From Squalus acanthias (lineage: Eukaryota): 64,000 bases of DNA. Of this stretch, positions 26,077-38,122 are shown in pieces (the stretch's first letter is position 1; each line of letters starts with the position of its first letter). The stretch lies in assembly GCA_030390025.1 (NCBI GenBank), contig CM059432.1:89964001-90028000 (forward strand), written 5' to 3'. The translations under genes and the position numbers were made by a program. The notes under the pieces were generated by a model. It saw only the letters and a program-made list of their open reading frames with translations, did no database searches and was not told the DNA's origin.

Positions 26077-28320
26077 AGGATAAAACCAGTAACTACAGAC
26101 CAGTCAGTTTAACCTCGGTAGTGGGGAAGCTTTTAAAAACGATGATCAGGGACAAAGTTAACAGTCACTTGGACAAGTGTGGATTAATTAAGGAAAGCCA
26201 GCTCGGATTTGTTAAAGGCAAATCGTGTTTAAATAACTTGATCGCGGTTTATGATGAATTAACAGAGGGTTGATGAGGGCAATGCGGTTGACGTGGTGTA
26301 CATAGACTTCCAAAAGGCGTTTGATAAAGTGCCACATAATAGGCTTCCCAGCAAAGTTGAAGCCCATGGAATAAAAGGGACAGTGGCAGCATGGATACAA
26401 AATTGGCTAAGTGACAGGAAACAGAGAGTAGTGGTGAATGGTTGTTTTTTGGATTGGAGGAAGGTATACAGTGGTGTTCCCCAGTGGTCAGTACTAGGAC
26501 CACTGCTTTTCTTGATATATATTAATGACTTGGACTTGGGTGTACAGGGCACAATTTCAAAATTTGCAGATGACACAAAACTTGGAAGTATAGTGAACAG
26601 TGAGGAGGATAGTGATAGACTTCAGGAAGACATAGACAGACTGGTTAAATGGACGGACACGTGGCAGATAAAATTAACGCAGAAAAGTGCGAAGTGATAC
26701 ATTTTGGTAGGAAGAACGAGGAGAGGCAATATAAACTAAAGGGTACAATCCTAAAGGGGTGCATGAACAGAGAGACCTGGGGGTATATGTGCACAAATCG
26801 TTGAAGGTGGCAGGGCAGGTTGCGAAAGCGCTTTAAAAAGCATACGGGATCCTGGGCTTCATAAATAGAGGCATAGGGCAGAATTTTCATTGACCCGTGG
26901 AGGCGGGTTTGGAGGCGTGTGGGGTGGGAAAGTAGTAGATTCAGGGGTCCCGAACCCATCCCACCCCCAACCTGCCTCCATGCCAGTTTCACAGGAGGCG
27001 GGTACCCGACCTATGCTGGGACTCACCTCCCTGAGGCGGGAAGGGGGATTAGTGCCAATAAACTGCCTGTTAACAGGTAGTTAACAGGCAGTTTTTTGCC
27101 TAATCCCTATTTTTAGCCCTGAAGTTTGGGCTTCCCGACAGGTCCGAACCACGCCTATTTAGCGAGGCGGACCATCGGTCTGGAGGGCTTGGAGGGGTCG
27201 AGATGTCCGGTGTGCAGGTGAGTGATGGGTGCATAAGTGTGTTTGGTGTGTGTAAAGTGTTTTAAGAACTTGTACTTATCTTAACTTTGTCCTGCAGGCT
27301 TCCTTCCTTCAGTTCTCGGGAGTCCCTCAGCTCGCCGGCACAGAAAGCAGAATAGCCGCGGAGCTGTCAAAAGCTGCAGTCTCTGCTTTCTGTGCTGGAT
27401 TGATTTCTAACTGAATCTAATTACAGGGACTCACGTTAGAAATCATATTGTCAGTGTTTGCCTGCTTCACAGAGCTGTCAAACGCTGAAATTTCATCTGT
27501 CAAAAGCTCTTGACAGATGAAATTTCAATGGCTGACATCACCTGTATCCAAGGGACCCTTGATTGGCCTGCTAAGCCCGCTGGGCGGGCTTAACAAGGTC
27601 AATCAAGGGAAAATACAGTGGGTTGGCCATAAGTCGATGGAGGCGGGACTACAACCCAAAAAGTGGGAGTCCCGCCTCCATCACGTCCCCATTGACAAAA
27701 TCCAGCCCATAGAGTACAAAAGCAAGGAAATTATGATGAACCTTTATAAAACACTGGTTCGGCCGCAACTGGATTATTGTGTCCAATTCTGGACATGGCA
27801 CTTTAGGAAGGATGTGAAGGCCTTAGAGAGGGTGCAGAAAAGATTTATGAGAATTATTCCAGGGATGAGGGACTTCAGTTACGTGGATAGACTGGAGAAG
27901 CTGGGGTTGTTCTCCTTGGGGCAGAGAAGGTTGAGAGGAGATTTAATAGAGGTATTTAAAATCATGAGGGGGTCTAGACAGAGTAGTTAGATAGAAACTG
28001 TTCCCATTGCCGCAAGGGTCGAGAACCAGAGAACACAGATTTAAGGTGATTGGCAAAAGAACCAAAGGTAACGTGAGGAAAAACTTTTTGACTCAGCGAG
28101 TGGTTAGGATCTGGAATGCATTGCCTGAAAGGGTGGTGGAGGCAGACTCAATCATGGCTTTCAAAAGGGAATTGGATAAGCACTTGAAGGAAAAAAATTT
28201 GCAGGGCTACGGGGAAAGGGTGGGGAAATGGGACTAGCTGAAGTGCTCGACACAGGCACAGGCTTGACGGGCCGAATGGCCTCCTTCTGTGCTGTAACCA
28301 TTCTATGATTCTATGATTCT
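26077..28320 (+). mobile_element. 5'-truncated CR1 LINE (RT domain to tail)
   Basis: NYRPVSLTSVVGKLL, YIDFQKAFDKVPH, KFADDTK, (attctatg)n tail. Confidence 0.94.
26876..27708. mobile_element. Harbinger-derived MITE, family B copy 1
   Basis: Termini GGGCAGAATTTT and AAAATCCAGCCC, TSD ATA, splits CR1 RGIEYK. Confidence 0.9.
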
Positions 28321-28406
28321 ACCTATAGAGTAACACATATTCTGGATTGTGTAACCTATAGACTAACACATAGTCTGGATTGTGTAACCTATAGAGTAAC
28401 ACATAT

Positions 28407-29077
28407 GGCCGGAACTTTTTACTTTTGGGCCCGCCACGGGGACAGGGGTGGGGGGGAGCCATTGCAGCGTGGGAAAATCTGAAGTCTGGATTTCCCCGCA
28501 TGCTGTGGAGTTTGAACTCCACAGTGTACGTGTGACGTCACGGACAAGTTTCCTGCCCGGAAGTTAGCCTGATTGACAGGCTGGCTTTCAGTCGGGCGGG
28601 GAACGCTGGACAAGAGGCCGCAACCCTGGGTAGGTGCGATCCCCGACCCTGGGGGGTGGTCCAATTCCCAACTCTGGGGGGGTGCGATCCCCGACCCGGG
28701 GGTGGGGGTTTGTATTGGGGTGCTGATGGTGGAGGAGCTTGGGAGGGCTGGGGGGGAGCACTCCTGGTCCTTCTGGCCCACAAGGAGTATTCCCTGAGGT
28801 TGTCCTTGTCACTGCTGCTGCCGGGTTCCCGAGGCCTGGGATCCCTGGCCAGCCACAGTTAAACCTGCAAAGCAGGTTAAATCTGAGGCTTCCAGCCTCA
28901 TTAACATAATTAAAGTGTCAACCTGCCTCCTGCGAGTGAGTTGCTTCTGTTAAAACTGGAAGTGGGCGGGTTGGAGGCATGTTGGAATCAGGATTCAGAT
29001 TTTTAACACTTTAACCTCCCACCCGACCCCAACCCACCCGTTTTTTGGTGTTAATATCCCCCCCCACCCCCCTCCCC
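28407..29077. mobile_element. Harbinger-like non-autonomous element, family C
   Basis: Starts ggccggaactttt and interrupts the minisatellite; its last ~130 bp match 29860-29988. Confidence 0.75.
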
Positions 29078-29177
29078 AGTCTGGATTGTGTTAGCTATAG
29101 AGTAACCTTTATTCTGTAGCATGTTACCTATAGAGCAGCACATAGTCTGAATTGTGTTTCCTATAAAGTAACACATA

Positions 29178-29988
29178 GGATAGGACTTTAACTTGCTGGC
29201 GGGGAGGGAGCAGGGGACTGGATTGTGGTCAGGAAACCAGGGAGGTCGAGTTTCCCTCAGGCCCTGCCGAATTTAACGGCAGGATCCGATTAACATTTTT
29301 TTTCTCTGTTTCCCGCCTGCAGCCAGCCAGATTGAGAGGCTGGCTGGCTGGTGGACAGGTAGGCCTGTGGCACCAGGCCAAAGCCGGGGAGCAGGGAGGA
29401 GGGAGGGAGGGATCAGAGGCAGGAGAGGGGGTCGGGTGCCGGGAATCGGAGATTTGAAGGCCGGAGGGGTGTCGGAGATCAGGGGCCGGGGATCAGAGGC
29501 CGGCGGGGGGAGATCGGAGGCCAGGGGGGAGGGAGATCGGAGACCAGGGGGGAAGAATGGAGGCCGGGGGTGTGAGATCAGAGGCGTTGTGGGGGAGGTC
29601 GGGGGGGAAATCGGAAGGGTCAGGGGGTGTCCGATCGTGAGGGGTTGGCAAGGCAGGTACGCTGGGTCCAGCAGGTAAGTGGAAAGTCTCTTACCTCCTG
29701 GATCCAGCAGTCCTCACCTTCCTTTAGCTGCCGGGTTCCCTGAGGCCCGGGAAACCCAGCCGGCTAGAGTTAAATTTCAAGTGGTGCTTCAAAATGAGAC
29801 ATGCAGCCTCATTATAATATTTAAAGTGCCAACCCGCCTCCTGGGAGCGAGTTGGCTGCCCGCCCCCATCCCTCCCCTGTTAAAACTGGAAATGGACGAC
29901 TTGGAGGTGGGTTGGGATTCAGATTTCTAACACTTTAACCAACCATCTGACTCAAACCCGCCTACTTTTTGGGGTTAAAATTCCCCCC
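29178..29988. mobile_element. Harbinger-like non-autonomous element, family C, with G-rich GATC repeats
   Basis: Degenerate termini ggataggactttaac and gttaaaattcccccc; interrupts the minisatellite. Confidence 0.75.
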
Positions 29989-30399
29989 AAAGTCTGGATT
30001 GTGTTACCTATAGAGTAACACATAGTCTGGATTGTGTTACCTATAGAGTAACACATAGTCTGAATTGTGTTACCTATAGAGTAACACATAGTCTGGATTG
30101 TGTTACCTATAGAGTAACACATAGTCTGAATTGTGTTACCTATAGCATAGAACAGTCAGCAGTGTGTTATTTATAGATGAACACAGTCTGGAATATGTTA
30201 TCTATAGTGTAGCACACCATTTCAAGTGTATTGTCTGACAATAATGCATTGAGGAGCTAAGAGATCCTGAAAGTCAACCTGAATGTTAAATAGATAATCA
30301 AAAATGAGTATTAAATATAGATGAGCATCCAATCTGGAGAGTTACATTTCAAGTAACAAAATCTGTGAGTGTTTTACCTAAATGATGACAGTCAGTGAC

Positions 30400-30737
30400 A
30401 GTCCGATTAGCATATTACAAGTAGGTGCCCGTCTAAAATAAGCAGGCGTCTGTGTGCCCCAAGCGAAAACTCCAATTAAAATGGCAGCAGCCATACCGGG
30501 AGTGGGATCAAGGTGATAAGTGACGCATTGCCATTTTTTACCCACAATTACTTGTGTGGTAAAATCTTGGTATAGAAGTGATATCAGGTCTTTGAAGGAT
30601 CCAATATGGCATGCCGCGTGCGTACGCTCAGTCTGTGCTGGAAGTACTCCATACGCCATATTGGTTAGGGCGCCTAGCAGTCGTCTAGGACATACCGCTA
30701 AAACCGGTTTTAAGCCCATTGTCTATTGAATCGGGGC
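30400..30737. mobile_element. Probable Harbinger-derived end fragment
   Basis: CpG-rich, ends aatcggggc, contains gttagggcgcc and aaaatggc motifs like the other MITE ends; left boundary uncertain. Confidence 0.4.
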
Positions 30738-30739
30738 TT

Positions 30740-31895
30740 AACAACAACAACTTCTATTTATATAGCGCCTTTAACGTAGTAAAACATCCCAAGCCACTTC
30801 ACAGGAATATTATAAGACAAAAATTTGACACCGAGCCACATAAGGAGAAATTAGGGCAGATGACCAAAAGCTTGGTCAAAGAGGTAGGTTTTAAGGAGCG
30901 TATTAAAGGAGGAAAGAGAGGTAGCGAGGTGGAGAGGTTTAGGCAGGGAATTCCAGAGCTTAGGGCCTAGGCAACAGAAGGCACGGCCACCAAAGGTTGA
31001 GCGATTAAAATCAGGGATGCTCAAGAGGCCAGAATTAGAGGAGTGTAGATATCTCAGGGGTTGTGGGGCTGGAGGAGATTGCAGAGCTAGGGAGGGGGTG
31101 GCCATGGACGGATTTGAAAACAAGGATGAGAATTTTAAAATCAACAACAACAACTTGTATTTATATAGCGCCTTTAACGTAGTAAAACATCCCAAGGCGC
31201 TGCACAGGAGTATTGTAAGACAAAAAATTTGACACTGAGCCACATAAGGATAAATTAGGGCAGGTGACCAAAAGCTTGATCAAAGAGGTAGGTTTTAAGG
31301 AGCGTCTTAAAGGAGGAAAGAGAGGTAGAGAGGCGGAGAGGTTTAGGGAGGGAATTCTAGAGCTTAGGGCCTAGGCAACAGAAGGCACGGCCACCAATGG
31401 TTGAGCAATTATAATCAGGGATTCTCAAGAGGGCAGAATTAGAGGAGCGCAGATATCTCGCGGGGGGTTGTGGGGCTGAAGGAGATTACAGAGATAGGAA
31501 GGAGCGAGGCCATGGAGGGATTTGAAAACAAGGATGAGAATTTTGAAATCGAGGCGCTGCTTAACCGGAAGCCAATGTATGTCAGCGAGCACAGGGGTGA
31601 TGGGCGAACGGGACTTGGTGCGAGTTAGGACACGGGCAGCCGAGTTTTGGATGACCTCAAGTTTACGTAGGATGGAATGTGGGAGGCCAGCCGGGAGTGC
31701 ATTGGAATAGTCAAGTCTAGAGTTAACAAAGGCATGGATGGATGAGGGTTTCAGCAGCGAATGAGCTGCTGAAAATCGAGGCGTTGCTTAACCGGGAGCC
31801 AGTGTAGGTCAGCGAGCACAAGGGTGATGGTGAACGGGACTTGGTGCAAGTTAGGACACAGGCAGCCGATTTTTGGATGACCTCAAGTTTGCGTA
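30740..31895 (-). mobile_element. L2 LINE 3' fragment containing a second L2 (31143-31771) inserted in it
   Basis: (gtt)n tails; GRAFCCLGPKLWNSLP, FKTLLKTYLF; TSD AAAATC at 31137-31142 and 31772-31777. Confidence 0.9.
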
Positions 31896-32328
31896 AAACC
31901 TATTTCAGGCCCCTTTGCCAAATTGGAGTGCAACTGATAGCAGCAAGCGCTTTGCATGCTGCATTCAGTTTTCTCGGGTGCATAACAGCTTAAAGGGACC
32001 GCTGGAGGCTGCCACCAAAAAGGTAAGTAAAAAATGTCATACTTACTTGAATTTGGAACCAGCTAGAGAAATGCATTCTCCTCCTGCCTTCATTAAAACT
32101 GAGTGCCGCGTTTGCCCCCTTCCAATTTCCCGCCCCCCCAGACTTACCTGCTACCCTCGGCAATTTCGCTCCCCCTTGTGACCAGTGAGCTGCCTCTGTA
32201 GCCCCGTTTGCCACTTGCAGCTCGTGGTTATAAACACAAAAGGCTGGCAGACCAATTTTGCGAGGTCCTGCCACGGCCGGTGCTCCTGAACCGTATCCAG
32301 ATTCGGCCGTGATCCAATTTCTAGGCCC
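31896..32328. mobile_element. Harbinger end fragment (H1-like TIR)
   Basis: Ends tccaatttctaggccc, matching the H1 TIR. Confidence 0.6.
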
Positions 32329-34333
32329 TGGAATTCAAAAGAATTTACACTCTGGTGATCTCATCAGTTTTGCAACATCTGCAGTAGGTCATGTTGTTTC
32401 AAAATATATTCATCATGATGAGCAGATAAAATTGCTCAACAAATATTCACAGCATCTTTTGAGTATTTTACTATAAACTCTGGCAAGAGAAAGAAAACAG
32501 AAGTTTGGTAACTTTTTGAAGTGTTTAGGTATTGCTGCCATTTACAGTTCAAATGCTGTTTATAGCATGGTACTACATCCTAGCTGTTGTCAACAGTTCT
32601 AAATATGGTTTTACTGAGATGTATAAATCCAAGTGCTTCTTAAGGGACAGGTTGTATTTTGAGCAATGCAGATGACTGATGTTCAGCTGCACACAAGCAG
32701 AGAGACTGTTTATTGTTTCTTCAGCTGAACATCTGCTGAAGTTATGAGAACCACTATTAGGCCATAATTTTTTTCCTTTAATTCCTGACTAGTTTGCAAG
32801 ACACTGGCATCATATGATGCAACTTCACAAACCTAAGGCTTTGAACTAACTGGATTTATTTAAGCAAAGGATGTTAACTTCTATTTGTTTCTCTATAACT
32901 TCTTTTTGCCAAGTGCTCATCTAATTTCCTGTTCAGAGTCCACCAGACTCATCAGCAGTAAAGGTAAACATAAAGGATGTGAAGAATGTTGTGAGATTGA
33001 TGAGGTTTAGATTTATGAAATATATACTGAGTGTCTGCTAGAAATAGTAAGTGGACACAAGCGGACGGAAGGAATTTAAATGTTTGAGGCATCATTTGCT
33101 ATTCCCTTAAATAAACTGCACAGTTCTCTATGTGCTTGGAGTTTAGGTTCTTCTGAAACAAAGACTAATTCAGTAACTAAACTGTGGAGCTCTGTGCAAA
33201 CTGTCATTTTAAACCTTAACTCACATCTAAAGAAGTCTGTCTTATGCATAAACCAAGCGAGCAAGCTGATGTGACTGAAATAAAACTCCAATAAAGTCAA
33301 CCAATCTGCACATAGTTAGTAAAGACTTTAGCAGTTAATTAATTAATTTATTAAACAAACTTTTAAGCAGAAGCTACAATGAGATGATAAATCTTACTTT
33401 AAGTACAACCAAAGAGAATGTTTGAATGCTCTCTCTACTTTCTTTCAATATTTCAATCGACCGCTCATGCCTGCAACAGTGATACACTTTCCTCCCCACT
33501 GGTTTTGGGTGCAAAATCTTTCCAAGGGATTTTCCTGTGCCGGGAACCTTTTGGGACCATGGTGATGACCTGGACCCAGAAATACAGGCGGATTGAGGTC
33601 TCTGTCAGCAGAGGGCACGTTGGGTCGTTCCAATGAAAACTTTTATTAGAACACATTGTTTTCATCTCCAAACTGATGGCAGGAAGAAGAAAATGAAGTT
33701 CGAATAGATAGAATAAGTAGAGAGGAGTAAAATTAAAATTTAACTTTCAACACAACGGCCAGATAGAGTATAGAGAAGAAAAAATCAGAGGAAAAAGGAG
33801 CAGCAGACTGCCGTAAGTGAAGTGTTTATTTTTTTTTAATTAAGTGTTCGTAATTTAGGGTAGGGTTACCATCACAGGAATAAAATTATTTCCACTGTTT
33901 GAATAGCTTTATTACCCGTGCACACCCCTAACAGGCAAGAGCTCTACTTGCATAATTAAACAACCTTGGTCAACAAAAGAGTTGAGAGAGAGTATAAAAC
34001 TAAAATAAAGGGCTTGCGCAATTGCAAAGAATAGTGGTGATCCCTCAGACTGGGAGAGATATAAAGAACAGCAAAGGAATACAAATAAAAGTAGTCATAG
34101 CTGCAAAAAGGGAATACAAGTAAAAACCTGCAAGGAATAGCAAGGATAACATTAAAAGTTTTTACAAGTATATTAAGAGAAAGGGTGGCTAAGAGTAATG
34201 AAAGACACAGGTGATTGAAAATAAGGAAGTGGCAAGCTTGCGAAATAATTACTTTGTATCGGTCTTCACAGTAGAGGAAGAGGATAAAGTACCAGAGATA
34301 CAAGGAAAAATAAATCAAGGGGAGGAACTTACT

Positions 34334-35126
34334 GGGGGAGAAATTCGGTATTGCCCCGTTGGGGGCGCTATTATCGGCAGGGCGCAAAGTTTAGCGCCCG
34401 GCACTAATTATCGCCTCCGACTGCAAAATTCGCCTCTATCGCCCCTGCAGGTGATTTGAGCGCAAAATCAGGCGCTACACACCTCTCTGAAGGCGCTAAT
34501 GTCGAGGAGCGAGGCGCTACCTCAGAACGCTACCGAAGCTCAGGCGATGCCAATTACCATGGAAGCCAGACAGACTGGCACCATCCAGTTCTTAAAGGGG
34601 AGGGGCCATCTTGCTGGCCAGCCACTCCCTGCTCATTGCAGCCTTGAATCTCGGCCTGGAGAGACCTCAAAAGCAATTGTGTTGGAAGCACTAATGGATA
34701 GGCCCAGGGAAAGAGCTCGGCACTCAAAGTGGTGCTGAGGGCCAAAACTCCTTAGGACAGCATTAAAACCAAAAGTTTTGCCGACAAGAAAAGGCAGGAA
34801 GCGCCCGCCTTTAAATAGCGCTCCCCCAGCCCCTTCCCGACTTGAAAACATTCCCCTCTACCTGTCATTGCTAACGGCAGGCGCTAAGGCAGGGGGCGCG
34901 ACCCAATATCCGGTCTGGGCGCTACCGGGGCATTGCATGCTTGACTTACGTCACGATCCGCGGGCGCAGGAGATTGTGGCAGTAGTGTTTAGCGCTGCCG
35001 CAAAATGTCTGGTCAATTTCACGAGCGGCGCTAAAATCATTGCGCTCGGGTGCTAACTTTCGAGCACCCCGTTAGCGCCCCCTGGAGGCGCTAACGGAAG
35101 GCACTAAGCAACCGAATTGTTCCCCC
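34334..35126. mobile_element. Harbinger-derived MITE, family A-related copy
   Basis: TIR GGGGGAGAAATTCGGT / ACCGAATTGTTCCCCC, TSD ACT/ACA; ends homologous to family A but with a different internal junction. Confidence 0.88.
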
Positions 35127-35224
35127 ACAAAGTTTAATATAAGTTAAAAAATGGTAATGGAGAAAATAATGAGACTGAAGATTGATATGTCTCCAGGACC
35201 TGATGGTTTCCACCTCAGGCTATT

Positions 35225-36690
35225 AACAACAACAACTTGTATTTATATAGTGCCTTTCATGTAGTAAAACATCCCAAGGTGCTTCGCAGAAGCGATTATA
35301 GAAACATAGAAACATAGAAGATAGGAGCAGGAGTAGGCCATTCGGCCCCTCGAGCCTGCTCTGCCATTTAATGAGATCATGGCTGATCATCCAAATTCAG
35401 TACCCTGTCCCTGCTTTCTCCCCATATCCTTTGAACCCTTTAGCCTTAAGAAATATATCTAACTCCTTCTTGAATATATTTAATGAATTGGCCTCAACTG
35501 CCTTGTGTGGTAGAGAATTCCACAGGTTCACCACTCTCTGGGTGAAGAAATTCCTCCTCATCTCAGTCCTAAATGGCTTACCCCTTATCCTTAGACTGTG
35601 ACCCCTGGTTCTGGACTCCCCCGCCATCGGGAACATCCTTCCTGCATCTAGTCTGTCTAATCCTGTTAGAATTTTATAAGTTTCAATGAGATCCCCTCTC
35701 ATTCTTCGAAACTCTAGCGAATACAAGCCCAATCGTCCCAATCTCTCTTCATACGTCATTCCTGCCATCCCAGGTATCAGTCTGGTGAATCTTCGCTGCA
35801 CTCCCTCCATGGCAAGAACATCCTTCCTCAGATAAGGCAACCAAAACTGCACACAATACTCAAGGTGTGGTCTCACCAAGGCCCTGTACAACTGCAGCAA
35901 GACATCCTTGCTCCTGTACTCGAATCCTCTCGCTATGAAGGCCAACATACCATTTGCCTTCTTAACCGCCTGCTGCACCTGCATGCTTACCTTCAGCGAC
36001 TGATGCACAAGGACTCCCAGGTCTCGTTGCACTTCCCCTTTTCCCAATCTATTGCCGTTCAGATAATAATCTGCCTTCCTGTTTTTGCCACCAAAGTAGA
36101 TAACCTCACATTTATCCACATTATACTGCATCTGCCATGCATCTGCCCAATCACCCAACTTGTCCAAATCATACTGGAGTTTCTCTGCATCCTCCTCACA
36201 ACACATACGCCCACCCAGCTTTGTGTCGTCTGCAAACTTGGAGATATTACATCTAGTTCCCTCGTCTAGATCATTAATATATATTGTGAATAACTGGGGT
36301 CCTAGCACCGATCCCTGCGGTACCCCACTAGTCACTGCCTGCCACTCGGAAAAAGACCCGTTTATTCCAACTCTTTGCTTCCTGTCTGCCATTTGACACT
36401 GAACCATTAGGGAGATATTAGGTAGGTAGGTACATTTTAAGGAGCATCTTAAAGGAGGAGAGAGAGGTGGAGAGGTGGAGCGGTTTAGGGAGGAAATTCC
36501 AGAGATTAGGGCCTAGGCAGCTGCAGGCATGTCAGCCAATGGGGGAGCGAAGAAAATCGGAGATGCGCAGGAGGACTGAATTGGAGGAGCACAGATATAT
36601 TGGATGGTTTTAGGGCTGGAGGAGGTTACAGAGATAGGGAGGGCAAGGCCATGCAGGGATTTGTGGTGGGGACTGAAGACAATATTTAAT
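35225..36690 (-). mobile_element. L2 3' fragment (35225-35297 plus 36392-36690) split by a CR1
   Basis: aacaacaacttgtatttatatag terminus, same family as 30740. Confidence 0.8.
35298..36391 (-). mobile_element. Young 5'-truncated CR1 LINE with an uninterrupted RT C-terminal reading frame
   Basis: ORF 35397-36407 is open for about 330 codons ([25 protein letters not shown]); (tttctatg)n tail. Confidence 0.95.
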
Positions 36691-37361
36691 TGGAGGAAAT
36701 TTCCGCTCATTCAATACTGGATGAAAAAGAAGTAGATGAGGAAATTATAGATGCTTTAGTCATGATCTTCCAAAACTCTCTTGATTCAGGAATTGTCCCC
36801 TTGGATTGGAAAATTGCTAATGTCACTCCATTATTTAGAAAGGGTGGGAGAGATAAATCAGGAAATTATAGACCTATTTGTCTAACTTCTGTTGTGGGGA
36901 AGTTATTAGAATCTGCCATTAGGGACAGAGTGACTGAGCACTGGCAAATAGGAACTGATCAGAGGGAGCCAGCATGGATTATTAAAGGGTAAGTCATGTC
37001 TAACTAACTTAGTTGAATTTTTTGAGGAGGTAACTAACGTGGTAGATAAGGGAATGTCTATGGATGTTATTTATATGGACTTCCAGAAGGCATCCAATAA
37101 GGTTCCACACAAGAGACTATCAGCAAATATGAAAGCACATGGAATTGGAGGCAATCTATTGACATGGGTAGGAAATTGGTTAGGAGATCGGAGACAGAAT
37201 CTCCAGGGCCCTCTCCTTATAAAGAGTCAAAATCGCAGCATTTGCGCCTGTGCATTCCTGGCAACCAGGGTTGATATAGCATGTGGAGGATTTAAAAACT
37301 AAAGGCCCACATTAGCCTGTGCAGTCAACTACAGGGCAACTGACTGCATAGGCTAAGGCTT

Positions 37362-38122
37362 TGGCCTGGAATTTGCGGTCAACGGCGAAGCAAAGGTGTT
37401 CGTCGCTGGCCCCGAAGAAAGCTGCCCACAGAGATCTCGCGATATGTGTGGCGGGAATTTGTCTTTTTCGACGCATAAGTGATTTCAGTGCTCTATAATG
37501 GGGATTTCCTTGTGCGATCTGCTATGACGTAAACAAGCTGCCTAAGCAGCCAATCACATTACAGAATTTTCACAGACAGGAAACCAGGAAATGAGAAGCT
37601 GCTTTTATTTGGACTTTATAAAAATGTTACAGTGAGCGAAATAAAGATTGGGCCTCTCACATGAGGATAAGGTAGAAGCTGAAATATCATGAACAAACAT
37701 TTTTTTTAAAGTTTTTTAAAACTTGTAATTTTTATCATAATGGAGAAATTTGACTCTCCACAAATATAAAAATTAGTTTTCAAGGCCATAATGTTTGTTT
37801 AGCAGTCAATACGCTGTTAAAACCCAAGTTACACCTAATCCAACAAGGCCTAACATTTAATGGGGTATTTAACAATGATATTACCACGGAAAAGTCCAAG
37901 TTTTAATCAGTTTCACTATTTCACTGATTACACTGAATGCCGGCTATGGGGGATTGGTCCACAGCACAGCCAGTGTCGGAGCAGTGAATAACTGACCACA
38001 ACTTCAGGATTTCCGCGTTTAGATGCGCATGCGCTAAATCCTGAAGTTGCGGTCAGTTTCAAAGGGGTAATAACGGCGAATGGTGTAAGTTCACTGTTAC
38101 TACCCACCACAAATTCTGGCCC
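37362..38122. mobile_element. Harbinger-like MITE with an internal hairpin
   Basis: Termini ggcctggaatttgcgg and ccacaaattctggccc. Confidence 0.75.

Larger units (their letters stand above)
25985..30216. repeat. 33-bp hairpin minisatellite (agtctggattgtgttacctatagagtaacacat) broken into four blocks by insertions
   Basis: Blocks at about 25985-26076 (degenerate), 28321-28406, 29078-29177 and 29991-30216; near-perfect units at 29991-30144. Confidence 0.85.
33960..37197 (+). mobile_element. Older CR1 LINE ORF2 fragment hosting a MITE, an L2 and a younger CR1
   Basis: NNYFVSVFTVEE, SPGPDGFH, IFQNSLDSGIVPLDWKIANVTPLFRKG, YMDFQKA in colinear pieces 33960-34333, 35127-35224 and about 36712-37197. 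Confidence 0.85.

Noticed and set aside
29991..30216. Palindromic 33-bp repeats resembling a CRISPR array
   Set aside because: No unique spacers, no cas genes, and a vertebrate intronic context; it is a minisatellite.
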